This document shows, piece after piece, positions 32,787 to 41,171 of a stretch of 41,171 nucleotides of DNA. The DNA comes from Bacilli bacterium. GTDB taxonomy: Bacteria > Bacillota_I > Bacilli_A > RF39 > UBA660. Position 1 is the stretch's first letter. The number at the start of each line of letters is the position of its first letter. The position numbers and the translations under genes were made by a program. The notes under the pieces were generated by a model. It saw nothing but the letters and a program-made list of their open reading frames with translations. It was not told the DNA's origin and searched no databases. The stretch lies in NCBI GenBank assembly GCA_028684435.1, contig JAQUFX010000002.1, positions 1 through 41,171 on the forward strand, in the 5' to 3' direction.

Positions 32787-35542
32787 TAACAACTTGGATT
32801 AATATTTAAAGTAATATTATTAGGTATAATAGCACCATTATATTTTATAGTGGGTTTTATAGTGTAAATATTTTCATTAGTCATAGTATCGCAATTTATT
32901 TTATTATTATTATAGTAACATTCATTAGTTATGAAAATATTTTTAGTAATATCTGTTCCTGATTCTAGTACTTTAATATAAGGCTGATTTAAATTTATTA
33001 TTGATTGATAACTTGATAAGTTAACACAATTTCCGATTGATAGTTGAGCATTTATAACATTACTAACATCAATATTTTTTGATATTCCTTCACTCATATT
33101 ACTTTTAAATATAGAATAACTAGATTTTACTGTGAATGTAGCATTAGTATTTAAGTATTCATTGTAAATAAAAGTAGTTGCTGAAGTCCATCCTAAATCT
33201 CTTAATCCAGTTCCAGTATTAATATATATTTGATATCCTATATTTCCTATATTACTTGCATTATAATTAATTCTTTGAATTAAATATTTATTAGCCCATT
33301 TACCATAACCTTCATTATAATATCCGGTTAAATATTCACTACTAATAGCATCAGGAATAGGTGTTGCATTCCATGAAAGAGTAGTTTTACCATTTTCATA
33401 TTTTACTGATAAATCAGAAGGATTATTTAACTTGCTAAATCTTGTTGATGTTTCACTTGGTGCAGTTCCTTTTCTAAATAATTCAACACTTTTTAAATTA
33501 CTTGGAGTATATTCACTTGCTAGTAAGACTGGATTAGTTTCAAGTTCAATTGTTGCTGATACGACACTAGATGGTTTTTTAAATTTAGAATTTTTTTCTA
33601 AAATCCCGCTATTTAATTTTTTGGCAATTGCATTACGGGTACTAGATCCTAATGAATTAGTAAGGTAATATTCTTTAGTTATTATATCTTTATAACCTAC
33701 CCATGTTGCTATTGCGTAATCTGGAGAATATCCTACAACCCATGAATCACCAATTATATCTCCTGTTAATTTTAACTCTTTTTTTCTAGCACTATCGACT
33801 GTCGATGTACCGGTTTTACCACATAGGTCAGTACCACTAACACTACCACCAGGAACATGTCCATTTGTTATTGCAAATCTTAAAATATTATTAATCATAT
33901 AAGCAGTTGAATCTTTCATAACAGTTCTTTTTTCGGGAGTAACTATATAAGTGTCCCCAGTTTTAACAAATTCTATCTTAGTAAATGAATGAGGTTCAAT
34001 ATATATACCACCTCTGGCAAATGTTGCATAAGCAGCTGCTAGTTGAACTGGATTACTTCCGGTATATCCGCCTATACTATGGGCTTCATTAATAAAACCA
34101 GTTGAATCATATTCAGGTGTTAAACCTAAACCAGTAACAAATTCATTTATATATATTTGAGGTACAGCTTGAAATGCTTGTAAGGCTGGAATATTTCTTG
34201 AAGCGGCTAAAGCAGTTTTAGCTGTCATTATCCCGCGATAGGAATTATCAAAATTTTTAATCTTAACACCATTACTATATCCATGAACATCATCAATAAT
34301 CATTTGTCCTGTTCCCCAATTTAAATATTCTATTGCAGGACCATAATCAAATAAAGGTTTAGCAGTAGATCCTGGATGTCTACTATTCATAGTAGCAAAA
34401 TTAAATCCTAATTTTCTGACTTTATTACGTCCAGCACCTATAGCAGTTATTCCTCCGGTTTTAACATCTATAACAGCAATTCCGGCTTGCAAAGCATCAT
34501 TTGGCCATTTATAACTAGTACCATTATAGATATTATTTATTACTTCTTGTTTTTTTGGATTAAATGTTGAATATATTCTCATAGATACTAAATAAGGATT
34601 TTGATCAGTTCTATTTTCAACTTCTTCAACTATGGTGTCAATAATACCTTGATCTTGATTTATAGTTGTTGCATCATTGACAAGTAGAGTAGCGATAGGA
34701 ATAGCTTTAGCTAGTTCACACTCTTCATCAGTTATATAATTGTGACGTTTCATTAAATTTAAAACTTGATTACGTCTTGCTTCCGCTTTTTCCGGATATA
34801 TATATGGATCATAAGCACTTGGTGCTTGGAATAATCCAGCTAGAGTAGCAGCTTCAGTAAGAGTAACTTCACCAATTGATTTATTAAAATAGATTTGGCT
34901 AGCTTGTTCTATACCATGAGAGCCTCCACCTAAATAAGGTATATTTACATAAAATTCTAAAATTTGTTCTTTTGTATATTTTTTTTCAATTTTAAATACT
35001 GCCATATATACATCGGTAAATTTTCTTATAATACCTTTGATACCTGTTGCAGTATTATCAGTAAATCTTTGTTTTACAATTTGCATTGTTATAGTCGAAG
35101 CCCCACCAGCATCATTATTACCAAGTATTTGTCCAAAAGATGCCTTTAAAAATCTTGCTAAATCAACACCACTATGTTGCATAAATCTAGAATCTTCAGT
35201 TGCTAATATAGCATCAATAAATACTTCAGGTAGATCATCATAAGAAACAATTTTTCTATTTTCACTACCAAGTCTTGCATATTCATTTCCTTCAACATCA
35301 TATATTATTGAAGATTCTTTTGAATATAATGCTTCTTCGGAAAAGTTGGGAGAACCAATAATAACAATAAGCATAAAAGCAACTATTGTTAAGGTAATTG
35401 CAATTAAACCTATCATAAATATCGTTAATATTTTTTCACCAATATTTTTATTTTTAAATTTCCTTATTTTAGGTAATTTTGTTTTAGTAATGTTAATATT
35501 AGGAATATTAATTTTCTTTTTAATTGTTTTTTTCTTTTTCAT
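32786..35542 (-). CDS. ponA: Class A penicillin-binding protein 1A/1B (glycosyltransferase GT51 + transpeptidase) with an extended C-terminal domain
   Basis: N-terminal TM helix. GT51 motifs are EDSRFMQHSGVD and RKFTD. Transpeptidase motifs are STAKP (SxxK), SRN and KTGT. It follows recU, the conserved recU-ponA pair. The last ~250 aa are an N/S/T/Y-rich extension. Confidence 0.95.
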   Translation of the reverse strand: MKKKKTIKKKINIPNINITKTKLPKIRKFKNKNIGEKILTIFMIGLIAITLTIVAFMLIVIIGSPNFSEEALYSKESSIIYDVEGNEYARLGSENRKIVSYDDLPEVFIDAILATEDSRFMQHSGVDLARFLKASFGQILGNNDAGGASTITMQIVKQRFTDNTATGIKGIIRKFTDVYMAVFKIEKKYTKEQILEFYVNIPYLGGGSHGIEQASQIYFNKSIGEVTLTEAATLAGLFQAPSAYDPYIYPEKAEARRNQVLNLMKRHNYITDEECELAKAIPIATLLVNDATTINQDQGIIDTIVEEVENRTDQNPYLVSMRIYSTFNPKKQEVINNIYNGTSYKWPNDALQAGIAVIDVKTGGITAIGAGRNKVRKLGFNFATMNSRHPGSTAKPLFDYGPAIEYLNWGTGQMIIDDVHGYSNGVKIKNFDNSYRGIMTAKTALAASRNIPALQAFQAVPQIYINEFVTGLGLTPEYDSTGFINEAHSIGGYTGSNPVQLAAAYATFARGGIYIEPHSFTKIEFVKTGDTYIVTPEKRTVMKDSTAYMINNILRFAITNGHVPGGSVSGTDLCGKTGTSTVDSARKKELKLTGDIIGDSWVVGYSPDYAIATWVGYKDIITKEYYLTNSLGSSTRNAIAKKLNSGILEKNSKFKKPSSVVSATIELETNPVLLASEYTPSNLKSVELFRKGTAPSETSTRFSKLNNPSDLSVKYENGKTTLSWNATPIPDAISSEYLTGYYNEGYGKWANKYLIQRINYNASNIGNIGYQIYINTGTGLRDLGWTSATTFIYNEYLNTNATFTVKSSYSIFKSNMSEGISKNIDVSNVINAQLSIGNCVNLSSYQSIINLNQPYIKVLESGTDITKNIFITNECYYNNNKINCDTMTNENIYTIKPTIKYNGAIIPNNITLNINPSC

Positions 35543-36113
35543 AATGACCTCCTATAAAATAATTTTTAATAATTTTTATATAATCTAATGTAGGACTATA
35601 TTTTAATTTAATATTGAATCCTTTTTCTTTTATATAATTAAATGGAATACTTTTACGATTATTGTTTTTAATATATACTATTAAATCCATTCCTTTTAAT
35701 AAATAGATTTCATTATTCATTTCTATTATTAAAAAAGATATCCCACCATGTTTAATTATATTCTCAATATGTTTGATTTGGTGATGATGGATATTATTTA
35801 ATGGAAATGCTGTTTTATTAGTAGTACTTTTAGCATCGAAATCTATGTAATATCCTTTGTATAAACCAACATAATCTAAGGTAGATTTATTTTTAAAAAA
35901 ACCTTTGGTTAATATTTTTTTATCACTTTCATAGTTTACTTTACATATTGTGATTGGAGTTGGCTTTTTATAAATAATTGCTATATCATTTTCTTTATAA
36001 TATTCATTTGCTTCATCAATTAAAGATTCTAATTTCATACCTCTATTAGCATAATTAATATTTTTTTTATAAATTTTTTTATTATTGTTAGGATATAACA
36101 AATTTATCACCAA
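35520..36113 (-). CDS. recU: Holliday junction resolvase RecU
   Basis: YANRGMKLESLIDEANEYYKENDIAIIYKKPTPI is the RecU signature. Its 3' end overlaps the ponA start by 23 nt. Confidence 0.9.
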   Translation of the reverse strand: MVINLLYPNNNKKIYKKNINYANRGMKLESLIDEANEYYKENDIAIIYKKPTPITICKVNYESDKKILTKGFFKNKSTLDYVGLYKGYYIDFDAKSTTNKTAFPLNNIHHHQIKHIENIIKHGGISFLIIEMNNEIYLLKGMDLIVYIKNNNRKSIPFNYIKEKGFNIKLKYSPTLDYIKIIKNYFIGGHYEKEKNN

Positions 36114-36162
36114 TTTAATTATATATTAATTTTTACAGATTTGCTATATATTCTGTTTTAAT

Positions 36163-36191
36163 TTGCATTTTTTTACACATTTTATTATAAT
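36163..36191 (+). promoter_or_regulatory. Sigma-A type promoter for engB (TTGCAT-17 nt-TATAAT)
   Basis: TTGCAT at 36163-36168 and TATAAT at 36186-36191, with exactly 17-nt spacing. It lies 20 nt upstream of the ATG, which is preceded by GAGGAG. Confidence 0.5.
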
Positions 36192-36210
36192 GCTAGTGTG
36201 AGGAGAAAAT

Positions 36211-36804
36211 ATGAAAATAGATAATAGCTTTTTGAGTGTTATTGCAGTAAGAATAAGTCAATATCCCGAACCTAATAAACCCGAATTTCTTTTAGTGGGG
36301 AGGAGTAATGTTGGTAAAAGTAGTTTCATTAATTCATTATTAGGTAGAAAAAATTATGCTAAAACAAGTAGTAAGCCTGGTAAAACTCAAACATTAAATT
36401 TTTATTTATGTAATGAAGAATTTTATTTAGTTGATGTTCCTGGTTATGGATATGCCGCTGTAAATAAAGCTATTCAAAAAAAGTTTGGATTAATGATTGA
36501 AGAATATTTAACTCATCGTGAAAATTTAAAAAGAGTATTTATGATAATTGATAGCCGTATGAAACCGACTGAAAATGATCATATTATGTATAAATATCTA
36601 AAATATTTTAATATACCTGTAACTATCGTTGCTACTAAATATGATAAGATAAAACCTAATGATCGTGACAAGATTATGAAATCAATAGAATCTTCTATTA
36701 ATATAGATGAAAACGATCAATTAGTATATTTTTCTAGTATTACCAAAAAAGGTAGAGACGAAATATATAATATCATAAATAATGAATTACAAAAAGAAGT
36801 TTAA
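36211..36804 (+). CDS. engB: Ribosome biogenesis GTPase EngB/YsxC
   Basis: GRSNVGKSSFINSL (G1), KPGKTQ, DVPGYGYA (G3) and TKYDK (G4). Confidence 0.9.
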   Translation: MKIDNSFLSVIAVRISQYPEPNKPEFLLVGRSNVGKSSFINSLLGRKNYAKTSSKPGKTQTLNFYLCNEEFYLVDVPGYGYAAVNKAIQKKFGLMIEEYLTHRENLKRVFMIIDSRMKPTENDHIMYKYLKYFNIPVTIVATKYDKIKPNDRDKIMKSIESSINIDENDQLVYFSSITKKGRDEIYNIINNELQKEV

Positions 36805-36828
36805 AATTCTTTTTTTTTATTGTATAAT
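36800..36828 (+). promoter_or_regulatory. Candidate promoter of the pilin operon (TTTAAA-17 nt-TATAAT, TG adjacent)
   Basis: TATAAT at 36823-36828 is preceded by TG, and a -35-like TTTAAA lies at 36800-36805. RBS AGGTGG precedes ATG 36850. Confidence 0.4.
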
Positions 36829-36849
36829 GATTAAGATAGGTGGTATATA

Positions 36850-38709
36850 ATGAATAAAAAAGGGTTTACTCTTATAGAAGTTTTAGTAGTTATAACAATT
36901 ATCGGTATATTAACAGCAATAGCAATACCAGCGGCACAAGGTATTAACAAAAAAATAAGTCAAAAGTTATATAATTCTAAAATAACTTTAGCAGCTGAAG
37001 GAGCTAAAGTTTGGGGAGAAGACCATAAAAAATGTTTCACATGTAGTGGAGCATCTTGTTCAAGCAAATGTGTTGAAGATTTATACTGCGATCCTACTTT
37101 AGATTTTGAAAATGAAAAAATATGTGAAATAACTATTGAAGTTTTAGCAAAAAATAAATATATTAAATATGATGATGAAGCAAATAAAAAAATTGTCGAT
37201 CCAAGGAATAAAAACAATTTGTTAAATGATAAAAAAATAATAATAGTATATAATAAAAATTATAAAACCGTAAATACTGGTTATGATTATTATTCTTTAT
37301 CATTTGATGGTAATGGAGCAACTAGTGGTGAGATAAAGCCGAAAACATGTAAAGCAGATACATTATGCCCTATACTTAGTAATAGCATTTTTGAAAGAAC
37401 TAATTATGATTTTGTTGGATGGTCTTTAACTCCAAATGGTAGTGTTGATTATAATAATTCAAATTCTATTAAATTAACAGCAGATACAACGCTTTATGCT
37501 ATATGGAATTTAAAAAAATATTCTTTATCGTTTAATAGTAATGGAGCTACTGGGACTATGGGTTCTATAAAATGTGAACATGAGCAACCATGCTTAATAC
37601 CTAATAATAAATTTGAAAAAATTGATAATAAATTTATTGGATGGAGTACTACTTTAAATGACAAAGTTGAATATAATTCTGGAGATTCAATAAGATTAAT
37701 TGCTAATATGATTTTATATGCTAAATGGTTAGAAGTTGATACAAGACCACCCACTATTTTAATTACTAATACAAATACTTTATTATCTGGAACTGATATC
37801 TATTCTAGTCCAGTATCTATAAAAATAAGTGCGACAGATAATTTATCAGGAGTAAAAACAATTAAATATTGTACTACTACTGCATCTACATGCACACCAA
37901 CAACTAATATATCTAATGGAAGTAATATTTCTGTAACTGGTAGCACAACAACGGTATTAGGTAATACTATATGTGCTATTGCAACAGATAATTTAGGCAA
38001 TACAATGACTACTCCTACGTGTGAAACTTATAAAATAGATAATCGTAATCCTAGTATAACATGTTCTAGTACTGGGGATTGGAGTAATACCTCATCACAT
38101 ATAGATTGTACTGGAACAGATTATTTTGGTATTAGAAAATTAGAATGGAGCTTTTACAATAATAATTGGAATACATTTAGTACTATAAATGGAAGTGGAC
38201 CTTTTTCTACACCTTATAATGCTGGTTTTAATACATCAAAATATCAAAATTATGTTAAAGCAACTGATACTGCCGGCAGAACGTATACAACTAATGCTTA
38301 TAGTAAAATAGATACTTTAACTCCTTTTCCACCAGCATTAGATATTTACGGAATAATTAATGATACTAATAGCAATATTAGCAATGTCACTTGTACTAAT
38401 AATAAATATTTAGCAGATGGAACTAATAACCCAAATTATAATAAAAATGTTAACACTATTTGTAGGTTAACATATATAAATTATTATAACAGTTATACTT
38501 GGAGTTGGTATTGGGAAGATGACTGGAACGCTGATTCTGGATATTCTGGTATAAGTCATTTGACTTATAACGGATCTTGTTCTTCAAATTATTATACTGG
38601 TGGAAATGTTCCTTGCTTAAGTATTGGTTCAGGATGTTATGCGGATTTCTATGCAGTTGATGCTGCCGGCAATAAATCCTTAACTTATTTGAGAATATAT
38701 GCGCCATAA
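36850..38709 (+). CDS. Large modular type IV pilin / pseudopilin (619 aa) with a prepilin N-methylation signal
   Basis: MNKKG|FTLIEVLVVITIIGILTAIAIPA is a class III signal: Gly at -1, Phe at +1, Glu at +5 and a hydrophobic alpha1-N helix. A ~135-aa pilin head follows. Next come two Listeria-Bacteroides repeats, then two Ig-like modules (DTRPPTI...SGVKTIKY; DNRNPSI...ATDTAGR), then a W/Y/C-rich C-terminal module. Confidence 0.8.
   Translation: MNKKGFTLIEVLVVITIIGILTAIAIPAAQGINKKISQKLYNSKITLAAEGAKVWGEDHKKCFTCSGASCSSKCVEDLYCDPTLDFENEKICEITIEVLAKNKYIKYDDEANKKIVDPRNKNNLLNDKKIIIVYNKNYKTVNTGYDYYSLSFDGNGATSGEIKPKTCKADTLCPILSNSIFERTNYDFVGWSLTPNGSVDYNNSNSIKLTADTTLYAIWNLKKYSLSFNSNGATGTMGSIKCEHEQPCLIPNNKFEKIDNKFIGWSTTLNDKVEYNSGDSIRLIANMILYAKWLEVDTRPPTILITNTNTLLSGTDIYSSPVSIKISATDNLSGVKTIKYCTTTASTCTPTTNISNGSNISVTGSTTTVLGNTICAIATDNLGNTMTTPTCETYKIDNRNPSITCSSTGDWSNTSSHIDCTGTDYFGIRKLEWSFYNNNWNTFSTINGSGPFSTPYNAGFNTSKYQNYVKATDTAGRTYTTNAYSKIDTLTPFPPALDIYGIINDTNSNISNVTCTNNKYLADGTNNPNYNKNVNTICRLTYINYYNSYTWSWYWEDDWNADSGYSGISHLTYNGSCSSNYYTGGNVPCLSIGSGCYADFYAVDAAGNKSLTYLRIYAP
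37291..37728 (+). repeat. Tandem pair of Listeria-Bacteroides (Flg_new) repeat modules inside the large pilin gene
   Basis: YSLSFDGNGATSG...YDFVGWSLTPNGSVDY...TTLYAIW (aa 148-219) and YSLSFNSNGATGT...NKFIGWSTTLNDKVEY...MILYAKW (aa 224-293). Confidence 0.7.
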
Positions 38710-38719
38710 AGGAGAACAA

Positions 38720-39106
38720 ATGAAAATTATTAAAATATTAAATAAAATATTAATTGTTATAGTTGTATTACTTATTATAGGATTAATAACGCTTCCTTTT
38801 ATTTCTAAAGAAGATAAAAATCAAGGAGAATCTAAAATAAATAATAAAGAACCAAAAACAACTAAAAAAGATCAAAAAATTTTATTAACTGATAAAGAAG
38901 TACTTGATTTATTAATTATTTATAAAGATAACAATCATGATTTTATTATAAGGGATAAAACAAATAATAAATATATAATAGAAAGAAAGAATTCTGATAC
39001 AGGAAATATTGATATGATTTTTGAAGTGAATCTTGCAACTAATGATTTTAAAATTGTTGAGATAAAACCTAGTCAAGGGATTTCTGGTGGTGGAAGTGGA
39101 GAATAA
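38720..39106 (+). CDS. Hypothetical membrane-anchored protein inside the pilin operon (128 aa)
   Basis: AAGGAG lies 6 nt upstream of ATG 38720; the track start 38699 is an upstream extension. It has one TM helix (ILIVIVVLLIIGLITLPF), a K/E-rich linker, a small globular domain and a C-terminal GGGSGE. Confidence 0.6.
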   Translation: MKIIKILNKILIVIVVLLIIGLITLPFISKEDKNQGESKINNKEPKTTKKDQKILLTDKEVLDLLIIYKDNNHDFIIRDKTNNKYIIERKNSDTGNIDMIFEVNLATNDFKIVEIKPSQGISGGGSGE

Positions 39107-39551
39107 AGGTTTTACTTTAGTAGAAATTTTAGCAGTTATAACTATAATAAGTTTGTTAGTTCTTATTGCTATACCTGCATCGCAAAGCATTGCTAAAAAA
39201 ACTAATGAAAAAATGTATATATCAAAATTAGATATTGCTAAACAAAGTGCAAAATTATGGGCTATTGATAATATTGAATGTTTTAAAAATCCAATTTGCA
39301 AAAAAATTATTCCTGCAGAATGTAAAATTACTAAAGACAATATTAAGTGTTATACCATTACTTTAAATGCTTTAGCAGAAGAAGGGTATTATGATTATGA
39401 TGGTTATGATGATGAAGGGAATGGAAGAATAATAGATCCAAGGAATAAAAGCGAAGAAAATGATTTAAATGATACTCCTTTATTAATTAATTATAATACT
39501 AATACTAAAAAAATTGATTTTATAACTATTGAAAAGTCTTTGATTAATTAA
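39087..39551 (+). CDS. Type IV pilin / pseudopilin (154 aa), paralogous to the N-terminal domain of the 619-aa pilin
   Basis: MVEVENKG|FTLVEILAVITIISLLVLIAIPA is a prepilin signal. The GTG start is 39087, 39090 or 39096. It overlaps the preceding gene by 20 nt. ...KKTNEKMYISKLDIAKQSAKLWA...ITLNALAEEGY...RIIDPRNK aligns with ...KKISQKLYNSKITLAAEGAKVWG...ITIEVLAKNKY...KIVDPRNK of the large pilin. Confidence 0.75.
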   Translation: MVEVENKGFTLVEILAVITIISLLVLIAIPASQSIAKKTNEKMYISKLDIAKQSAKLWAIDNIECFKNPICKKIIPAECKITKDNIKCYTITLNALAEEGYYDYDGYDDEGNGRIIDPRNKSEENDLNDTPLLINYNTNTKKIDFITIEKSLIN

Positions 39552-39576
39552 TTTTGTGTTTTATACTTTTACAAAA

Positions 39577-39604
39577 AAATCCTTTAATATTAAGGATTTT
39601 CTTT
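39577..39604 (+). terminator. Intrinsic terminator closing the pilin operon
   Basis: aaatcctt / aaggattt form an 8-bp stem with a 7-nt loop, followed by TTTTCTTT. Confidence 0.65.
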
Positions 39605-39660
39605 GCTTTATTTTTAATAATTTAGTATGCTAATAACATAGAAGTTAAGGAATGATGGAT

Positions 39661-40977
39661 ATGAGAAAAACAGTATGTTTAATAGGAAGACCCAATACAG
39701 GAAAATCAACTCTTTTTAACAGATTAATAAAAGAAAAGAAAGCTATTATTCATAATTTACCAGGAGTTACTAGAGATCGAATTTATGGGATTGTTAATTT
39801 TGATAATAAAAGTTTTCATTTAATTGATACTGGGGGAATTGATTTAGGAGAAGAAAAATTCAATAAGAGTATTAAAATGCAAGCCGAGCTTGCAATAGAT
39901 GAATCAGATGTTATTGTATTTGTTATTGATGGAAAAACCGAATTAACAAGTAATGATATATTAATAGCAAATATGTTAAAGAAAACTAATAAAAAAATAA
40001 TTGTTGCAGTTAATAAAATAGATGATAATAAACATGATGATAATATATATAATTACTATGAATTAGGTTTTGATGCCTATATTCCAGTAAGTGGAGAACA
40101 TAATCGCGGTATTAATGAATTACTTTTTGAAATCACCAATGATTTTAATCCTTATACGACTGAAGAAGATGAAAGTATTTTAAAATTTAGTATAATAGGA
40201 AGACCTAATACTGGCAAAAGTTCACTAATAAATGCTTTACTTAATGAAGAAAGAGTTATCGTATCAAATGAAGCAGGAACAACAAGAGATGCTATAGATA
40301 CAAGATTTACTTATGAAAAAAATAATTATATTGTTATCGATACTGCGGGAATGAGAAAAAAAGGTAAAATATATGAACAAGTAGAAAAATATAGTTTAAT
40401 AAGAAGCTTAAAAGCTATTGATAGATCTGATGTCTGTGTTTTGATTATTGATGCTAAAGATGGCATAATTGAACATGACAAACATATTGCATCTTATGCT
40501 CTTGATGCTGGAAAAGCAATAGTTTTAGTAGTAAATAAATGGGATTTAATAAAAGATAAAAATATTCAAATGAAAAAATGGATTAAAGATATTAGAAATA
40601 ATTTTCAATTTATTCCCTATGCTAGTATAGTATTTTTATCTTCATTAACAAAGGCAAGGATTCATACTTTAATGCCAGAAATATTAAAAGCCTATGAAAG
40701 TGCTACTAAAGAAATAAAAACATCAGTCCTTAATGATATTATAAGAGATGCCTATGCATTACATCCAGCTCCTAGTTATAAAGGAAGAAGATTAAAAATT
40801 TATTTTGTCCATCAAGAAGGGACAAAACCACCGAAATTTAACTTTTCAGTTAATAATAAAAAATTAGTCCATTTTAGTTATGAAAGATATTTAGAAAATA
40901 AAATAAGAGAATCTTTTGAATTAACTGGAACTCCAGTAATAATAAAATTTACTAATCGAGGTGATAAAGATGAATAA
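39661..40977 (+). CDS. der: Ribosome-associated double-G-domain GTPase Der/EngA
   Basis: It has two G domains (GRPNTGKSTLFN...DTGG...NKID and GRPNTGKSSLIN...DTAG...NKWD) plus a KH-like C-terminus. I prefer ATG 39661 (MRKTVCLIG); the track starts at 39652. Confidence 0.95.
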   Translation: MRKTVCLIGRPNTGKSTLFNRLIKEKKAIIHNLPGVTRDRIYGIVNFDNKSFHLIDTGGIDLGEEKFNKSIKMQAELAIDESDVIVFVIDGKTELTSNDILIANMLKKTNKKIIVAVNKIDDNKHDDNIYNYYELGFDAYIPVSGEHNRGINELLFEITNDFNPYTTEEDESILKFSIIGRPNTGKSSLINALLNEERVIVSNEAGTTRDAIDTRFTYEKNNYIVIDTAGMRKKGKIYEQVEKYSLIRSLKAIDRSDVCVLIIDAKDGIIEHDKHIASYALDAGKAIVLVVNKWDLIKDKNIQMKKWIKDIRNNFQFIPYASIVFLSSLTKARIHTLMPEILKAYESATKEIKTSVLNDIIRDAYALHPAPSYKGRRLKIYFVHQEGTKPPKFNFSVNNKKLVHFSYERYLENKIRESFELTGTPVIIKFTNRGDKDE

Positions 40978-41171
40978 AAAAACGATATTATTATTTGTGT
41001 TTTCATTCTTAATAGTATTTATAGCTATCTATATAATGTATGTTATTGAAAATAAAAATAAAGAGATTGACTTTTATGCTGTTATTGTAAATGCTAATAA
41101 GCAAAGTTATTTAATAAAACCATTTTCAAGTGAAGAATTAATAAGTGGTTATCAAGAGATATCAATTACAT
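40970..41171 (+). CDS. Hypothetical membrane-anchored protein, 5' fragment (runs off the window)
   Basis: ATG 40970 overlaps the der stop. MNKKTILLFVFSFLIVFIAIYIMYVIE... contains one TM helix. The frame stays open to the end of the window. Confidence 0.4.
   Translation, partial: MNKKTILLFVFSFLIVFIAIYIMYVIENKNKEIDFYAVIVNANKQSYLIKPFSSEELISGYQEISIT

Overview
This is a very AT-rich chromosomal segment (roughly three quarters A+T by eye, not computed) from an endospore-forming low-GC Firmicute. Sporulation genes are scattered through it: spoIIP, a sirA-like gene, gerM, gerE and spoIIIAH. The short ~980-aa SMC hints at an Erysipelotrichia/Mollicutes-related or clostridial gut lineage, but that is inference only.

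Most of the window is housekeeping backbone:
- Chromosome and replication: rnc (3' end), smc, xerC/D-type recombinase, dnaD, recU-ponA.
- GTPases: obg, engB/ysxC, der.
- Other: sirA-like/yneF, yceD-rpmF, cca, ppdK, an AI-2E permease, tRNA-Arg(TCT) and tRNA-Met(CAT).

Several self-contained accessory modules sit in this backbone:
1. A C39-peptidase ABC exporter (28603-30564) is followed by two overlapping double-glycine-leader peptide genes (30551-30685 and 30685-30843). Both are absent from the ORF track because they are under 60 aa. I read this as a minimal class IIb-like two-peptide bacteriocin locus with no visible immunity, accessory or regulatory gene. It is my best candidate for something new.
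2. A three-gene pilin operon (36850-39551) with its own promoter and terminator sits between engB and der. It encodes a 619-aa multi-module type IV pilin, a membrane-anchored protein and a 154-aa paralogous pilin. No assembly machinery is in the window.
3. A truncated rifampin-phosphotransferase-like PEP-utilizing enzyme (17606-19372) lies downstream of tRNA-Met and two coupled mini-ORFs.
4. A LigD phosphoesterase+polymerase protein has no ligase domain, no Ku neighbour and a variant catalytic DxD motif.
5. A small envelope-modification cluster contains an ATP-grasp protein, an acyl-AMP ligase and a sugar transferase.

I saw no CRISPR array, rRNA, transposase or prophage genes. All homology statements come from motif recognition by eye; no database search was run.
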